Origin: Patescibacteria group bacterium
GTDB lineage: Bacteria; Patescibacteriota; Microgenomatia; UBA12405
Length of the DNA: 34,893 nucleotides
Assembly: GCA_018818185.1 (NCBI GenBank)
Contig: JAHISL010000105.1
Span: 1 to 34,893 of the forward strand
Direction: 5' to 3'
Below are positions 17,187-25,324 of the stretch, piece after piece (the first letter of the stretch is position 1; every line of letters starts with the position of its first letter). The notes under the pieces are model-generated. The model was not told the DNA's origin, made no database searches, and worked only from the letters and a program-made list of their open reading frames with translations. The translations under genes and the position numbers were made by a program.

Positions 17187-18059
17187 TTAGGCCATGGGGG
17201 TGGGATTAGGTTTATTGGTCCCAGGAGCAAGGCCAGCACTTTTTTCAACGTTTTCGATCGGGGTAGGTTCAGGATTTTGAGGTGTGGAATCGTCGGGCTG
17301 AGTAGCACGAAGACAGATAGCACCAGCTTCAAAAGTTTCTGGAGAAACGTTGACGGAAAAAGATTGGGTAGCGACACGAAGGCCGATAAGCAAATCTTTC
17401 CCAGAATCTAGATCAAGTGTTAAGCCAAGCATAGGTAGCAAGAAAGTGAAAATTTCGGAAAAGGGAGCATCGGGATCCATAAGGGTGGCCTTGGCCCAGC
17501 TTTTGGAAACCTGTTGAGGGGTAATTAGAATCCAGTTTCCTTTTTCTACCATAGAAATGGCGGCGCCTAAGGGAGACTCATCACCAAGCATGAAACAGAC
17601 ATCAGCGGAAGAACCGTTGTTGTTGATCATAATTTGCTTAGTTTCAACCTTGGCAGCACCGGATTTGGTCTTAACAACCAAATTTAGATGACCACCGTCG
17701 TCGTTGTAGGAAACAGCTTCAATTTGGTCAATTGGATAATCTAGGGTAACAACCAAGTCGGAACTGGAATAGGTATCGGTCAATAGTTCTAAACCGCTAA
17801 GTTTTGAATAATTTTGATCGGTCTTTTGAGGACAAAAGACACGAGCCTCTTTTCCTTGTTTCTTTAAAGAGATGGCCAAGGCAAGAGCTGCACCGACGCT
17901 ATCGACAGAAAGAGTGGGAACCACAATAAGCGCGCTTTTGGCTGTATCAACGAGATTTTTTATTTCAGTGACATTATAATTTTTCATATTTGTCCTGCTT
18001 ACAAATAAATTATTATTTTTAGAATTTGATTCAAAAACAGAGGTATTTAACCTGTTCAT
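17187..18059 (-). CDS. Hypothetical protein, possibly a catalytically degenerate DHH (NrnA-like) domain with a Pro-rich tail
   Basis: 290 aa, with an alternative start at 17987 (MKNYNV...). The segment ALIVVPTLSVDSVGAALALAISLKKQGKEARVF resembles DHH motif I (H..pDGDalGS.laL...l...Gk.v.v), but the His and DGD are replaced. Some bacteria place nrnA after infB-rbfA, so the position fits. Confidence 0.35.
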   Translation of the reverse strand: MNRLNTSVFESNSKNNNLFVSRTNMKNYNVTEIKNLVDTAKSALIVVPTLSVDSVGAALALAISLKKQGKEARVFCPQKTDQNYSKLSGLELLTDTYSSSDLVVTLDYPIDQIEAVSYNDDGGHLNLVVKTKSGAAKVETKQIMINNNGSSADVCFMLGDESPLGAAISMVEKGNWILITPQQVSKSWAKATLMDPDAPFSEIFTFLLPMLGLTLDLDSGKDLLIGLRVATQSFSVNVSPETFEAGAICLRATQPDDSTPQNPEPTPIENVEKSAGLAPGTNKPNPTPMA

Positions 18060-18061
18060 TT

Positions 18062-19513
18062 TTAATTCTTATAGGCTATTATAACATCCTTTAGCTTAAA
18101 GTCAACATAGGGACGAAAAGTCATGCCACACTCGTGACCGACTTTGATTTTTTCAACAATATCTTTGCCTTGACGAATACCTTCAATAGTGGTGTTTTTG
18201 ATGATTTTGCCATCGCGCATGAGATGGACCGTATTTCCTTTTACCATTTCACCTTTGCTAATTTTTACACCGGCAATACGAACTTTGTCGATTTTAAACT
18301 CGGCAATAATGGTTCCTTCACCTAAGATAGTCTCTTCGATGGTTGGGTCAAGCATCTTTAAGACCTGGGATTGAATGTCTTCGATTATTTCGTATATAAT
18401 TTTTGATTGAAAGATAGACACTTTTTCATTGTCGGCGAGATTTTTGATAGTTTTACTGACGGGAACATTGAAAGCAAAAAGTTGAGAATGACTGGTTTTG
18501 GCGGCGATGACATCGTTGTCATTAACTGGACCAACACCGGCGAAAACAATGTTGACGTCATCACTGAGACTACCTTTTAAAGCTTCGAGGGTGCCTTCTA
18601 CATCAGTTTTGACAACAATATTTAGATGAGGAACTTCTTCAGCGTCGGGATCTTGAGTTGTGGAAACGTCGGGTGAGGAAACTTTGACAGTTTCAGGTTC
18701 AATTAGGTGGTCGGTAACAAGAGAGCCAACTGAGGGCACTTTTTCGAAACCTAGAATCTCTACAGGAGCACTGGGTAGGGCCTCTGAAATATTTTTACCA
18801 TCTAAGTCTAAAAGAGCTTTGACCTTTCCGGCGACATTTTCGGCATAAACTGTATCTCCGAGACGGAGGGTGCCTTTTTTGACAATTACGGCTGCCAGAG
18901 GGCCACGAAGTTTGTCGAGTTTTGATTCGATAACGACAGCTTCGAAGGGGGCATCAGGCTCATCTTTGAGCTCCATAATTTCGGCGTTCAAAAAAATTAG
19001 ATCTAAAAGCGCATCAATCCCCTCACCGGTTTTGGCAGAAACAGGGACAACTGAAATCTGACCACCATATTCTTCGGGGGTAAGATCCATTTCAACTAGC
19101 TGACCCTTGACCATTTCGGGTTGGCGAGTATCAAGATCAAATTTGGTCATGGCAACAATGACGGGAAGATTGGCTTTTTTTATCTGGGCAATGCATTCCT
19201 TTGTTTGAGCCATAACGCCGTCAACGGCAGAAATAACCAAAACAACTAAATCGGTGATATCAGCTCCACGAGCGCGCATGGCACAAAAGGCGGCATGGCC
19301 AGGAGTATCAATAAAGGTTACCGGTTTGATTTTACCGTTCTTTAGTTTGACTTCATATTGATATGAAGAAATATGCTGAGTAATTCCACCAGATTCCTTA
19401 CGAGCAACGCTGGCACTTCTAATCTTATCTAAAAGAGTCGTTTTTCCATGGTCAATGTGACCCATAACGGCAACGATAGGCGGACGATATTTGGTGGCCG
19501 AATTTGTAGTCAT
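18062..19513 (-). CDS. infB: Translation initiation factor IF-2 (short form starting at the G domain)
   Basis: 483 aa. [22 protein letters not shown] lies near residue 8, followed by DTPGH and the NKxD-equivalent region. It sits downstream of nusA. Confidence 0.92.
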   Translation of the reverse strand: MTTNSATKYRPPIVAVMGHIDHGKTTLLDKIRSASVARKESGGITQHISSYQYEVKLKNGKIKPVTFIDTPGHAAFCAMRARGADITDLVVLVISAVDGVMAQTKECIAQIKKANLPVIVAMTKFDLDTRQPEMVKGQLVEMDLTPEEYGGQISVVPVSAKTGEGIDALLDLIFLNAEIMELKDEPDAPFEAVVIESKLDKLRGPLAAVIVKKGTLRLGDTVYAENVAGKVKALLDLDGKNISEALPSAPVEILGFEKVPSVGSLVTDHLIEPETVKVSSPDVSTTQDPDAEEVPHLNIVVKTDVEGTLEALKGSLSDDVNIVFAGVGPVNDNDVIAAKTSHSQLFAFNVPVSKTIKNLADNEKVSIFQSKIIYEIIEDIQSQVLKMLDPTIEETILGEGTIIAEFKIDKVRIAGVKISKGEMVKGNTVHLMRDGKIIKNTTIEGIRQGKDIVEKIKVGHECGMTFRPYVDFKLKDVIIAYKN

Positions 19514-19532
19514 AAATTTTAAAGAAGGATAA

Positions 19533-20522
19533 TTAACTTTTGTTGGCAGATACCTTGATTTCTAGTCCACAAAGCATTCCTGCCAAACGGACATTCTCAC
19601 CACCGGCACCAATGGCCAGAGCAAGTTGATCTTCGGGAATTTCAACCTGAGCAGTGGTGTCGTCGACAGAAATTACTTTGACATCGCTAGCAGGAGAAAG
19701 AGCGTTGACAATGAACTGAGAAAGGTTTTTGGCATAGGCGACAACGTCGACTTTTTCGTCTGGAGGTAGCTCGGTCAATACTGACTGAATTCGAGAACCT
19801 TTTTGACCAATACAGGAACCGACAGGATCAATTCCATTTTGAGAGGAAGAGACGGCAACCTTGGTGCGTTGACCGGCTTCACGGGCAATTTTTTCGATAA
19901 CCACGGTGTGATTGTTGACTTCGGGAACTTCGCGAGCAAAAAGTTGTTTGACAAATTCGGGATCACGTCGAGAAAGAATAATGTCTTTTCGACCAGTAAC
20001 AGCATCTTCTTGGATTTCTTTTATTAGAAATAGTTTTTTAGAACTAATATCAAGTATTTCATTCTTGATTTGTTCGTCTTTGGGAAGAACACCTTCTGTT
20101 TTGCCGATACCGATGGTTTTTTTATAAGGATCAACTCGGAGAACAACACCAAGAGTAAGGGTGCCAATCTTTTGATGATATTCACCAACAACGGTGTCTC
20201 GTTCAACTTCACGAATTTTTTGGTCGATGACCTGTTTGGCGGTCATGGCGGCAATGCGACCGAAACCGGGAGGGGTAACGTCTTTTCTCTCTTCACCCTC
20301 AACTTCAAAAATGGCAAAGGAACCAGATTCGGGAGAAAGATCAACTTCGAAGACAGATTCTTCGGAGATAATAACACCATGCTCTTTTTGATCACGCTTA
20401 TAAGCGGAAATTAAACCTTGTTCAATGGCGTCGATAATCTCTTGAGGATCGATGTTGCGTTCACCGGCGATTTGAGCGACGGCGGCGGCGAATTCAGTTT
20501 TTGGTAGTCTTCTAATATCCAT
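19533..20522 (-). CDS. nusA: Transcription termination/antitermination factor NusA (no C-terminal acidic repeats)
   Basis: 329 aa with an N-terminal domain, S1 and two KH regions (GSCIGQKGSRIQ, AIGAGGENVRLAG). An AAGGAG SD lies at 20527-20532. Confidence 0.92.
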   Translation of the reverse strand: MDIRRLPKTEFAAAVAQIAGERNIDPQEIIDAIEQGLISAYKRDQKEHGVIISEESVFEVDLSPESGSFAIFEVEGEERKDVTPPGFGRIAAMTAKQVIDQKIREVERDTVVGEYHQKIGTLTLGVVLRVDPYKKTIGIGKTEGVLPKDEQIKNEILDISSKKLFLIKEIQEDAVTGRKDIILSRRDPEFVKQLFAREVPEVNNHTVVIEKIAREAGQRTKVAVSSSQNGIDPVGSCIGQKGSRIQSVLTELPPDEKVDVVAYAKNLSQFIVNALSPASDVKVISVDDTTAQVEIPEDQLALAIGAGGENVRLAGMLCGLEIKVSANKS

Positions 20523-20537
20523 ATTTCTCCTTTTGGT

Positions 20538-20568
20538 AAAACAAAAATGGGGACACGACGGCCCCCAT
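20538..20568 (-). terminator. Intrinsic-terminator-like hairpin in the nusA leader (candidate attenuator)
   Basis: The reverse strand reads AUGGGGGC-CGUCGU-GUCCCCAU, an 8-bp stem that includes one G-U pair. UUUUGUUUU follows, then ACCAAAAGGAGAAAU-AUG. Confidence 0.6.
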
Positions 20569-20596
20569 TCCGAAATACCACAGATTTAACTTGATT

Positions 20597-20605
20597 ATTA
20601 TAACA
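20597..20605 (-). promoter_or_regulatory. nusA extended -10 promoter TGTTATAAT
   Basis: The reverse strand reads AGTGTTATAATAATC, about 75 nt upstream of the nusA ATG. The terminator-like hairpin lies between this box and the SD. Confidence 0.5.
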
Positions 20606-20642
20606 CTAAATAGCTAAAAAATTGAGGCTAAAACATAAATAC

Positions 20643-20692
20643 TGGAAGAGATTGAGATATTATGATATATTCCGTACATGACGGCAGAAGTA
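20643..20692 (+). repeat. MTAE-family 5' cassette, copy 1 (extended -10 TGATATATT at 20663-20671, 6-nt spacer, ATG at 20678)
   Basis: It reads TGGAAGAGATTGAGATATTATGATATATTCCGTAC-ATGACGGCAGAAGTA. It is about 74 percent identical to copy 2 over the 35 nt before the ATG, by hand count. Confidence 0.6.
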
Positions 20693-21088
20693 ACAGGTGG
20701 AAAGATTTGTTTGGTAGGAGGGGAAGAAACAATTAAGTGGAAAATTGATGATTCGGGAAAGAGAGCTCAATTAAAAAAAGTTGAAGGTAGGTTAGAGTTA
20801 AGTATTTTTCAGGGAGATATTGAAGAAACCACCTTTAGAAAATGTGTAGTTATTGTTCGAGACGGTGAAGTCTATAGAACTGACAGAAATAGTAATGTCG
20901 AAAGGACAGTTGTACCCCTCGGAAACTATGGAATTTATTTTCGTAAAAATAAAGTAGTAAAAATTGCGGGAACATTTAAAGGATTTGATACTTTTCCTAA
21001 GATTTCTGGACAAACTACCTACAGACACGGAGAAATGATTCAGACAAAGAAAGGCATTAAGATCAAAGCAATAGAAAATAAACGTTAG
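20678..21088 (+). CDS. MTAE-family protein 1 (136 aa, unknown function)
   Basis: It reads MTAEVTGGK...RDGEVY...FKGFDT...GIKIKAIENKR. The alternating hydrophobic pattern suggests an all-beta fold. It has no TM helix or signal peptide. Confidence 0.6.
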   Translation: MTAEVTGGKICLVGGEETIKWKIDDSGKRAQLKKVEGRLELSIFQGDIEETTFRKCVVIVRDGEVYRTDRNSNVERTVVPLGNYGIYFRKNKVVKIAGTFKGFDTFPKISGQTTYRHGEMIQTKKGIKIKAIENKR

Positions 21089-21124
21089 ATTTAGAAAATT
21101 AAGCAAGCTGCAAGAGATAAGTTG

Positions 21125-21174
21125 TAGAAGAGACTGAATTATTGTGATATATTTCGCATATGACAGCAGAAATA
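21125..21174 (+). repeat. MTAE-family 5' cassette, copy 2 (TGATATATT at 21145-21153, 6-nt spacer, ATG at 21160)
   Basis: It reads TAGAAGAGACTGAATTATTGTGATATATTTCGCAT-ATGACAGCAGAAATA. Confidence 0.6.
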
Positions 21175-21573
21175 AGAGGAACACTTGCCTATCTAATAAA
21201 AAGAGAGGGGGTAGATACCGAGCTGGAAGCTATTCCTTCAAGCTTTTTAGTGGAAGCTTATGAGGGAAAACTGATATTAAGACAAACAGAAGGTGATGTA
21301 AATGAAAAAGCCAGTATATATTCTGGTTTAAGGGCAGTGATACATGGAGGGATAGTAATTTCGACAAAAAATAGTGAAAAGGTGACCCTTCGTGACGGGG
21401 AACAAGCGGTCGAAATTTTACCTGATGGAACAGTTCGAACGTTTGTCGGGACACTAAATGGATTTGAGGTCAGAGGAGGAGAAAATAGACTTCTCAAGAA
21501 AGAATACACTGCCGGTAAAAAGATAATCACCCCCAGGGGAACTGAGATTAAAGCAATTAGGGGAGATCTGTAA
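21160..21573 (+). CDS. MTAE-family protein 2 (137 aa)
   Basis: It reads MTAEIRGTL...IHGGIVI...LNGFEV...GTEIKAIRGDL. Confidence 0.6.
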   Translation: MTAEIRGTLAYLIKREGVDTELEAIPSSFLVEAYEGKLILRQTEGDVNEKASIYSGLRAVIHGGIVISTKNSEKVTLRDGEQAVEILPDGTVRTFVGTLNGFEVRGGENRLLKKEYTAGKKIITPRGTEIKAIRGDL

Positions 21574-21980
21574 TGACGGCAGAAGTTGATAAAAAAATCG
21601 TTGTACAAGTACAAAAAAAAGAAAGAATCACTTTTGAGATGGATGATGGAGACAGTCTTGAAATTCATGCACTTAAGGGAACGAGCGGTGAATTGGAGGT
21701 GGTCAGGGAACGGATAATTCAGTGTTCTGGTCCAATAAGGGGAGTAATTTTTAAGGGGAGATTTTATGTGAGTGAGGGAGAAGACAATATAGTTGAGCCA
21801 GGAGACAGGGTGTTTCACGTGTCTGATGAAGGAAAGGGATTAGAAATAATTGAAGGAAGGGAAAATGGTTTTCGAATAACAAGATCCAACGGTGATACGA
21901 CTGAGTATCATTCAAAAAATACAGTTGTTTTGAGGGGTCCAGCGGGAGTAGTATTAAAAGCAAGACAAAACAATAAGTAG
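21573..21980 (+). CDS. MTAE-family protein 3 (135 aa), translationally coupled to protein 2
   Basis: It reads MTAEVDKKI...FKGRFYV...ENGFRI...GVVLKARQNNK. Its start overlaps the protein 2 stop (TAATG at 21571-21575). A GGGGAG SD lies 7 nt upstream, inside the 3' end of gene 2. Confidence 0.6.
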   Translation: MTAEVDKKIVVQVQKKERITFEMDDGDSLEIHALKGTSGELEVVRERIIQCSGPIRGVIFKGRFYVSEGEDNIVEPGDRVFHVSDEGKGLEIIEGRENGFRITRSNGDTTEYHSKNTVVLRGPAGVVLKARQNNK

Positions 21981-22027
21981 AAGAAGTTGTACTATTGTGA
22001 TATATTTTGCATATGACTGCGGAAATA
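21978..22027 (+). repeat. MTAE-family 5' cassette, copy 3 (TGATATATT at 21998-22006, 6-nt spacer, ATG at 22013)
   Basis: It reads TAGAAGAAGTTGTACTATTGTGATATATTTTGCAT-ATGACTGCGGAAATA. It is about 81 percent identical to copy 2 over the 37 nt before the ATG, by hand count. Confidence 0.6.
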
Positions 22028-22420
22028 AACACAGAACTTAATCATGTAGTTTTGACTCCAGGACAAGACGTGGGGGTTGGATTTCAATTTAGGAGATACG
22101 GAAATATCTGTTTTAAAAGGGGTGAGTTTCCAATACAGGTGATAGCTGATGGTAATGAACTGCCAATTGAAGCAAATGTGGTGATATATGACAGAACAAT
22201 ATATACAATTGCAAAAGAAAGGCCGTCATCTTTAACTTTAGAAAATTGTGGGACAAGAGCGTTGAGCATAACCGAGAAAGGAATTCAAGAAATATGTATA
22301 ACAGATAATGGTTTTTCAGTAAGGGAAATTTATCCCGGAGAAAGAAGGCCTGTTTTTTTTGAAGGTGGAATAACAATGGAGCTTGATTCGGGAGTTAAGT
22401 TGAGAGGAAAAAGAGGTTAG
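22013..22420 (+). CDS. MTAE-family protein 4 (135 aa)
   Basis: The ORF track starts at a TTG at 22007 (MHMTAE). The ATG at 22013 restores the family N-terminus: MTAEINTEL...IYDRTIY...DNGFSV...GVKLRGKRG. Confidence 0.6.
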   Translation: MTAEINTELNHVVLTPGQDVGVGFQFRRYGNICFKRGEFPIQVIADGNELPIEANVVIYDRTIYTIAKERPSSLTLENCGTRALSITEKGIQEICITDNGFSVREIYPGERRPVFFEGGITMELDSGVKLRGKRG

Positions 22421-22431
22421 TTGGCTATTGT

Positions 22432-23298
22432 TTACAAATCCAATTCTTTGATCAATTGTTTTTGTTTGGCGGAGAGACGATAAGGAATGACGATGTTAAG
22501 ACGAATATAAAGATCGCCAACACCGTAACCACTGACATCTTTAATCCCCTGGCCTCGAAGACGGACCAGGGTGTTGGGCTGGGTACCTGATTTAACACGA
22601 ATTTTTAATTTATCGGTAAGGGTAGGTACTTCGATAACATCACCCAAAATTGCCTGTGATATGGTTATATTTTGACTAACGTAAACATCATTACCATCGC
22701 GCTTGAAAACTTTATCGGGCAAAACATCAATGTATAAATTAAAGTTGGTAAATTTGATACGCTGACCGTCGTCGACCCCGGCGGGAATTTTTATTTTCTT
22801 CTCTGAGCCGTCAATATTGACTTCTTTTTCACAGCCAAGAGCAGCATCTAAAAATGAGATTTGAATCTTGTAGGTTGGGACTTGGCGACGTGACTGGCCA
22901 CCAAAGTTAACGCCACCGGTACCGCCAAAAAATTGCTCAAAGATATCGAAAGGGTTGCTAAAACCGCCAAAATCAAAGTCAGCACCTTGCTGGCCACCAT
23001 TGGAAGATTGCCAAGTAAAGTCGAAGGGACCATTTTGTTGAGTGTAGGTATGACCGCCAAAATTGCCGCCAGCATTGGGGTCAAAGGCGGTATGACCGTA
23101 TTGGTCGTAGGCGGTTTTTTTCTGGTCGTTACTGAGAACTTCGTAGGCTTCGTTGATTTCTTTGAACTTTTCCTCCGCATCGGCAGATTTGTTTCGATCG
23201 GGGTGCCACTGCATGGCTTGCTTACGATAAGCCGACTTGATCTCCTCTTTTGAGGCACCTTTTTTGACTCCAAGTGTTTCGTAAAAATCAGGTTTCAT
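22432..23298 (-). CDS. dnaJ: DnaJ-type co-chaperone lacking the Cys-rich zinc-finger domain (CbpA-like architecture)
   Basis: 288 aa. The J domain is [33 protein letters not shown], followed by a G/F-rich region and C-terminal substrate-binding domains. It has no CxxCxGxG repeats. Confidence 0.85.
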   Translation of the reverse strand: MKPDFYETLGVKKGASKEEIKSAYRKQAMQWHPDRNKSADAEEKFKEINEAYEVLSNDQKKTAYDQYGHTAFDPNAGGNFGGHTYTQQNGPFDFTWQSSNGGQQGADFDFGGFSNPFDIFEQFFGGTGGVNFGGQSRRQVPTYKIQISFLDAALGCEKEVNIDGSEKKIKIPAGVDDGQRIKFTNFNLYIDVLPDKVFKRDGNDVYVSQNITISQAILGDVIEVPTLTDKLKIRVKSGTQPNTLVRLRGQGIKDVSGYGVGDLYIRLNIVIPYRLSAKQKQLIKELDL

Positions 23299-23305
23299 TT
23301 TATTT

Positions 23306-23333
23306 TATGGCCCCGCAGAAACACGGGGCCATA
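23306..23333 (-). other. Perfect 10-bp GC-rich stem-loop between dnaK and dnaJ
   Basis: The stem TATGGCCCCG pairs with CGGGGCCATA around the 8-nt loop CAGAAACA. In mRNA sense, AAAUAAA-AUG (the dnaJ start) follows rather than a U tract. Confidence 0.6.
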
Positions 23334-23349
23334 GATTATATCTTGAATC

Positions 23350-25290
23350 TTACTCTTTAACTACCTCTCCCTCTTCGGCTTCTTTTTTGTCATCCTTGTC
23401 TTTGGACTTTTTGTCCTTTGATTTGGAATCCTGAGCCTCGGGACCGGGCTGACCGGGTTGATTAGGTTGACCGGCGTCGGGTTGACCATAAACCGCCTGG
23501 CCGACAACTTGGAGAATCTGATTTAGTTCTTCGATGAACTTATCATACTCATCCTTTTTGGCGTCAGTTTTGGCAATAAGATCTTTACCAGCCTTAATTT
23601 TTTCTTCAATTTTTGCCTTATCTTCTGGCTTGATCTTGTCTCCGAAATCCTTAAGAGTTTTTTCGCCGGTGAAGATAGTGGCGTCGAGTTTATTTTTACT
23701 TTCGACAAAACCATGCTTCTCTTCATCTTCACGAGCGTGCATTTCAGCATCGTTTTTCATCTTTTCAACTTCGTCATCGGAAAGATTGGTGGCGTTTTGG
23801 ATAGTAATTTTTTGCTCTTTATTGGTGCCTTTATCTTTGGCTGAGACACTTAGGATTCCATTACTGTCGATGTCAAAGGTGACCTCGATTTGAGGAGTGC
23901 CTCGTGGAGCTGGGGCAATGCCATCAAGGACAAAGCGACCAAGACTTTTGTTGTCAGCGGCCATAGGCCTTTCACCTTGAAGAACGTTAATTTCCACCTG
24001 AGGCTGAGAATCAGCATAGGTAGTGAAAATCTGGGATTTCTTGGTAGGCACGGTGGTATTTCTTTCTATAAGAGGAGTACGAACACCGCCAGCAGTCTCG
24101 ATACCGAGTGTTAGAGGAGTAACGTCAAGAAGGACAATGTCTTTGACTTCACCAGTCAAAACAGCTCCCTGAACAGCGGCACCAATGGCGACAACTTCAT
24201 CGGGGTTAACGGTGGTGTTGGGTTCCCTGCCAAAGAAATCTTTGACGACTTGCAGAACTTTGGGCATACGAGTCATGCCGCCAACCATAACCACATCGGT
24301 AATGTCGGATTTACTGACACCAGCGTCTTTAAGACACTTTTCAACAGGTGAAATGGTGTTTTGAATTAAATCATCAACCATTTTTTCCAGTTCTGATCGG
24401 GTTAATTTAACGGTTAGGTGCAAAGAATCGCTTCCCTTTTGGGTAATGAAAGGAAGATTGATCTCAGTTTCACCAGTAGAGGACAATTCAATCTTGGCCT
24501 TCTCGGCGGCTTCACGAAGACGTTGAAGAGCCTGAGGATCTTTACTTAAATCGACTCCATGTTCTTTTTCGAAATTTTCGAGAAGCCAATTGGTAATGCG
24601 ATGATCAAAGTCATCTCCACCAAGGAAGGTGTCACCATTGGTAGCTTTGACTTCAAAAACACCATCACCGATTTCTAAAATAGAAATGTCGAAGGTACCA
24701 CCACCAAGGTCGTAAACAGCAACAAGACCTTTTTTCTTTTTATCTAGACCATAGGCAAGAGCAGAAGCTGTAGGTTCGTTAACGATTCTTTTTACATTAA
24801 GACCAGCAATTTCACCAGCCTGCTTCGTAGCTTGACGTTGAGAATCATCGAAATAAGCGGGGACAGTAATAACAGCGTCAGTAATCTTTTCACCAAGATA
24901 TCTTTCGGCGTCAGCTTTGGCTTTTTGCAAAATCATAGCTGAGATTTCTTGAGGGGTGTAGATCTTGCCATCGATTTCGACAGCAGCCATTTTGTCTTTA
25001 CCAGCGACGATTTTGTAGGAAACAATTTTTTTGGTTTTTTCGACCTCGGGATCATCAATGCGACGACCCATTAGACGTTTGATGCTGAAAATTGTTTTTT
25101 CAGGATTAAGAACCATTTGCCTTTTGGCAAGATCGCCAACCAATTTTTTGATAGGTTCGACAATAGAAGGAATGGTGTTTCTGCCTTCGGCAGTTAGGAT
25201 AACTTTTGGAGTTCCAGCCTCCATGACAGCCACACATGAATTAGTGGTGCCAAGATCAATTCCGATTATTTTGTTTGATGTATTTGACAT
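23350..25290 (-). CDS. dnaK: Chaperone DnaK (Hsp70)
   Basis: 646 aa. It has [22 protein letters not shown] and [10 protein letters not shown], with an acidic/Lys-rich C-terminal tail. Confidence 0.95.
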   Translation of the reverse strand: MSNTSNKIIGIDLGTTNSCVAVMEAGTPKVILTAEGRNTIPSIVEPIKKLVGDLAKRQMVLNPEKTIFSIKRLMGRRIDDPEVEKTKKIVSYKIVAGKDKMAAVEIDGKIYTPQEISAMILQKAKADAERYLGEKITDAVITVPAYFDDSQRQATKQAGEIAGLNVKRIVNEPTASALAYGLDKKKKGLVAVYDLGGGTFDISILEIGDGVFEVKATNGDTFLGGDDFDHRITNWLLENFEKEHGVDLSKDPQALQRLREAAEKAKIELSSTGETEINLPFITQKGSDSLHLTVKLTRSELEKMVDDLIQNTISPVEKCLKDAGVSKSDITDVVMVGGMTRMPKVLQVVKDFFGREPNTTVNPDEVVAIGAAVQGAVLTGEVKDIVLLDVTPLTLGIETAGGVRTPLIERNTTVPTKKSQIFTTYADSQPQVEINVLQGERPMAADNKSLGRFVLDGIAPAPRGTPQIEVTFDIDSNGILSVSAKDKGTNKEQKITIQNATNLSDDEVEKMKNDAEMHAREDEEKHGFVESKNKLDATIFTGEKTLKDFGDKIKPEDKAKIEEKIKAGKDLIAKTDAKKDEYDKFIEELNQILQVVGQAVYGQPDAGQPNQPGQPGPEAQDSKSKDKKSKDKDDKKEAEEGEVVKE

Positions 25291-25324
25291 ATTTTTTTAT
25301 ATAAATTTATAAATTGTTAATAAA

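Noticed and set aside
20798-22376. Minus-strand ORFs of 61-186 aa overlapping the MTAE array (20798-21184, 21258-21818, 21751-22032, 22113-22376 and others)
   Set aside because: Their translations are Leu/Phe/Ser-rich antisense-type sequences with no paralogy among them. The plus-strand frames show a shared length, shared motifs and their own promoter cassettes, so the plus strand is the coding strand.
22441-22467. Stem CAATT/AATTG with an 8-nt loop followed by TTTTTGTTT, as a terminator for the MTAE array
   Set aside because: The stem is only 5 bp with a single G-C pair and lies inside the dnaJ coding sequence. That is too weak to call a terminator from sequence alone. It is mentioned under the read-through finding instead.
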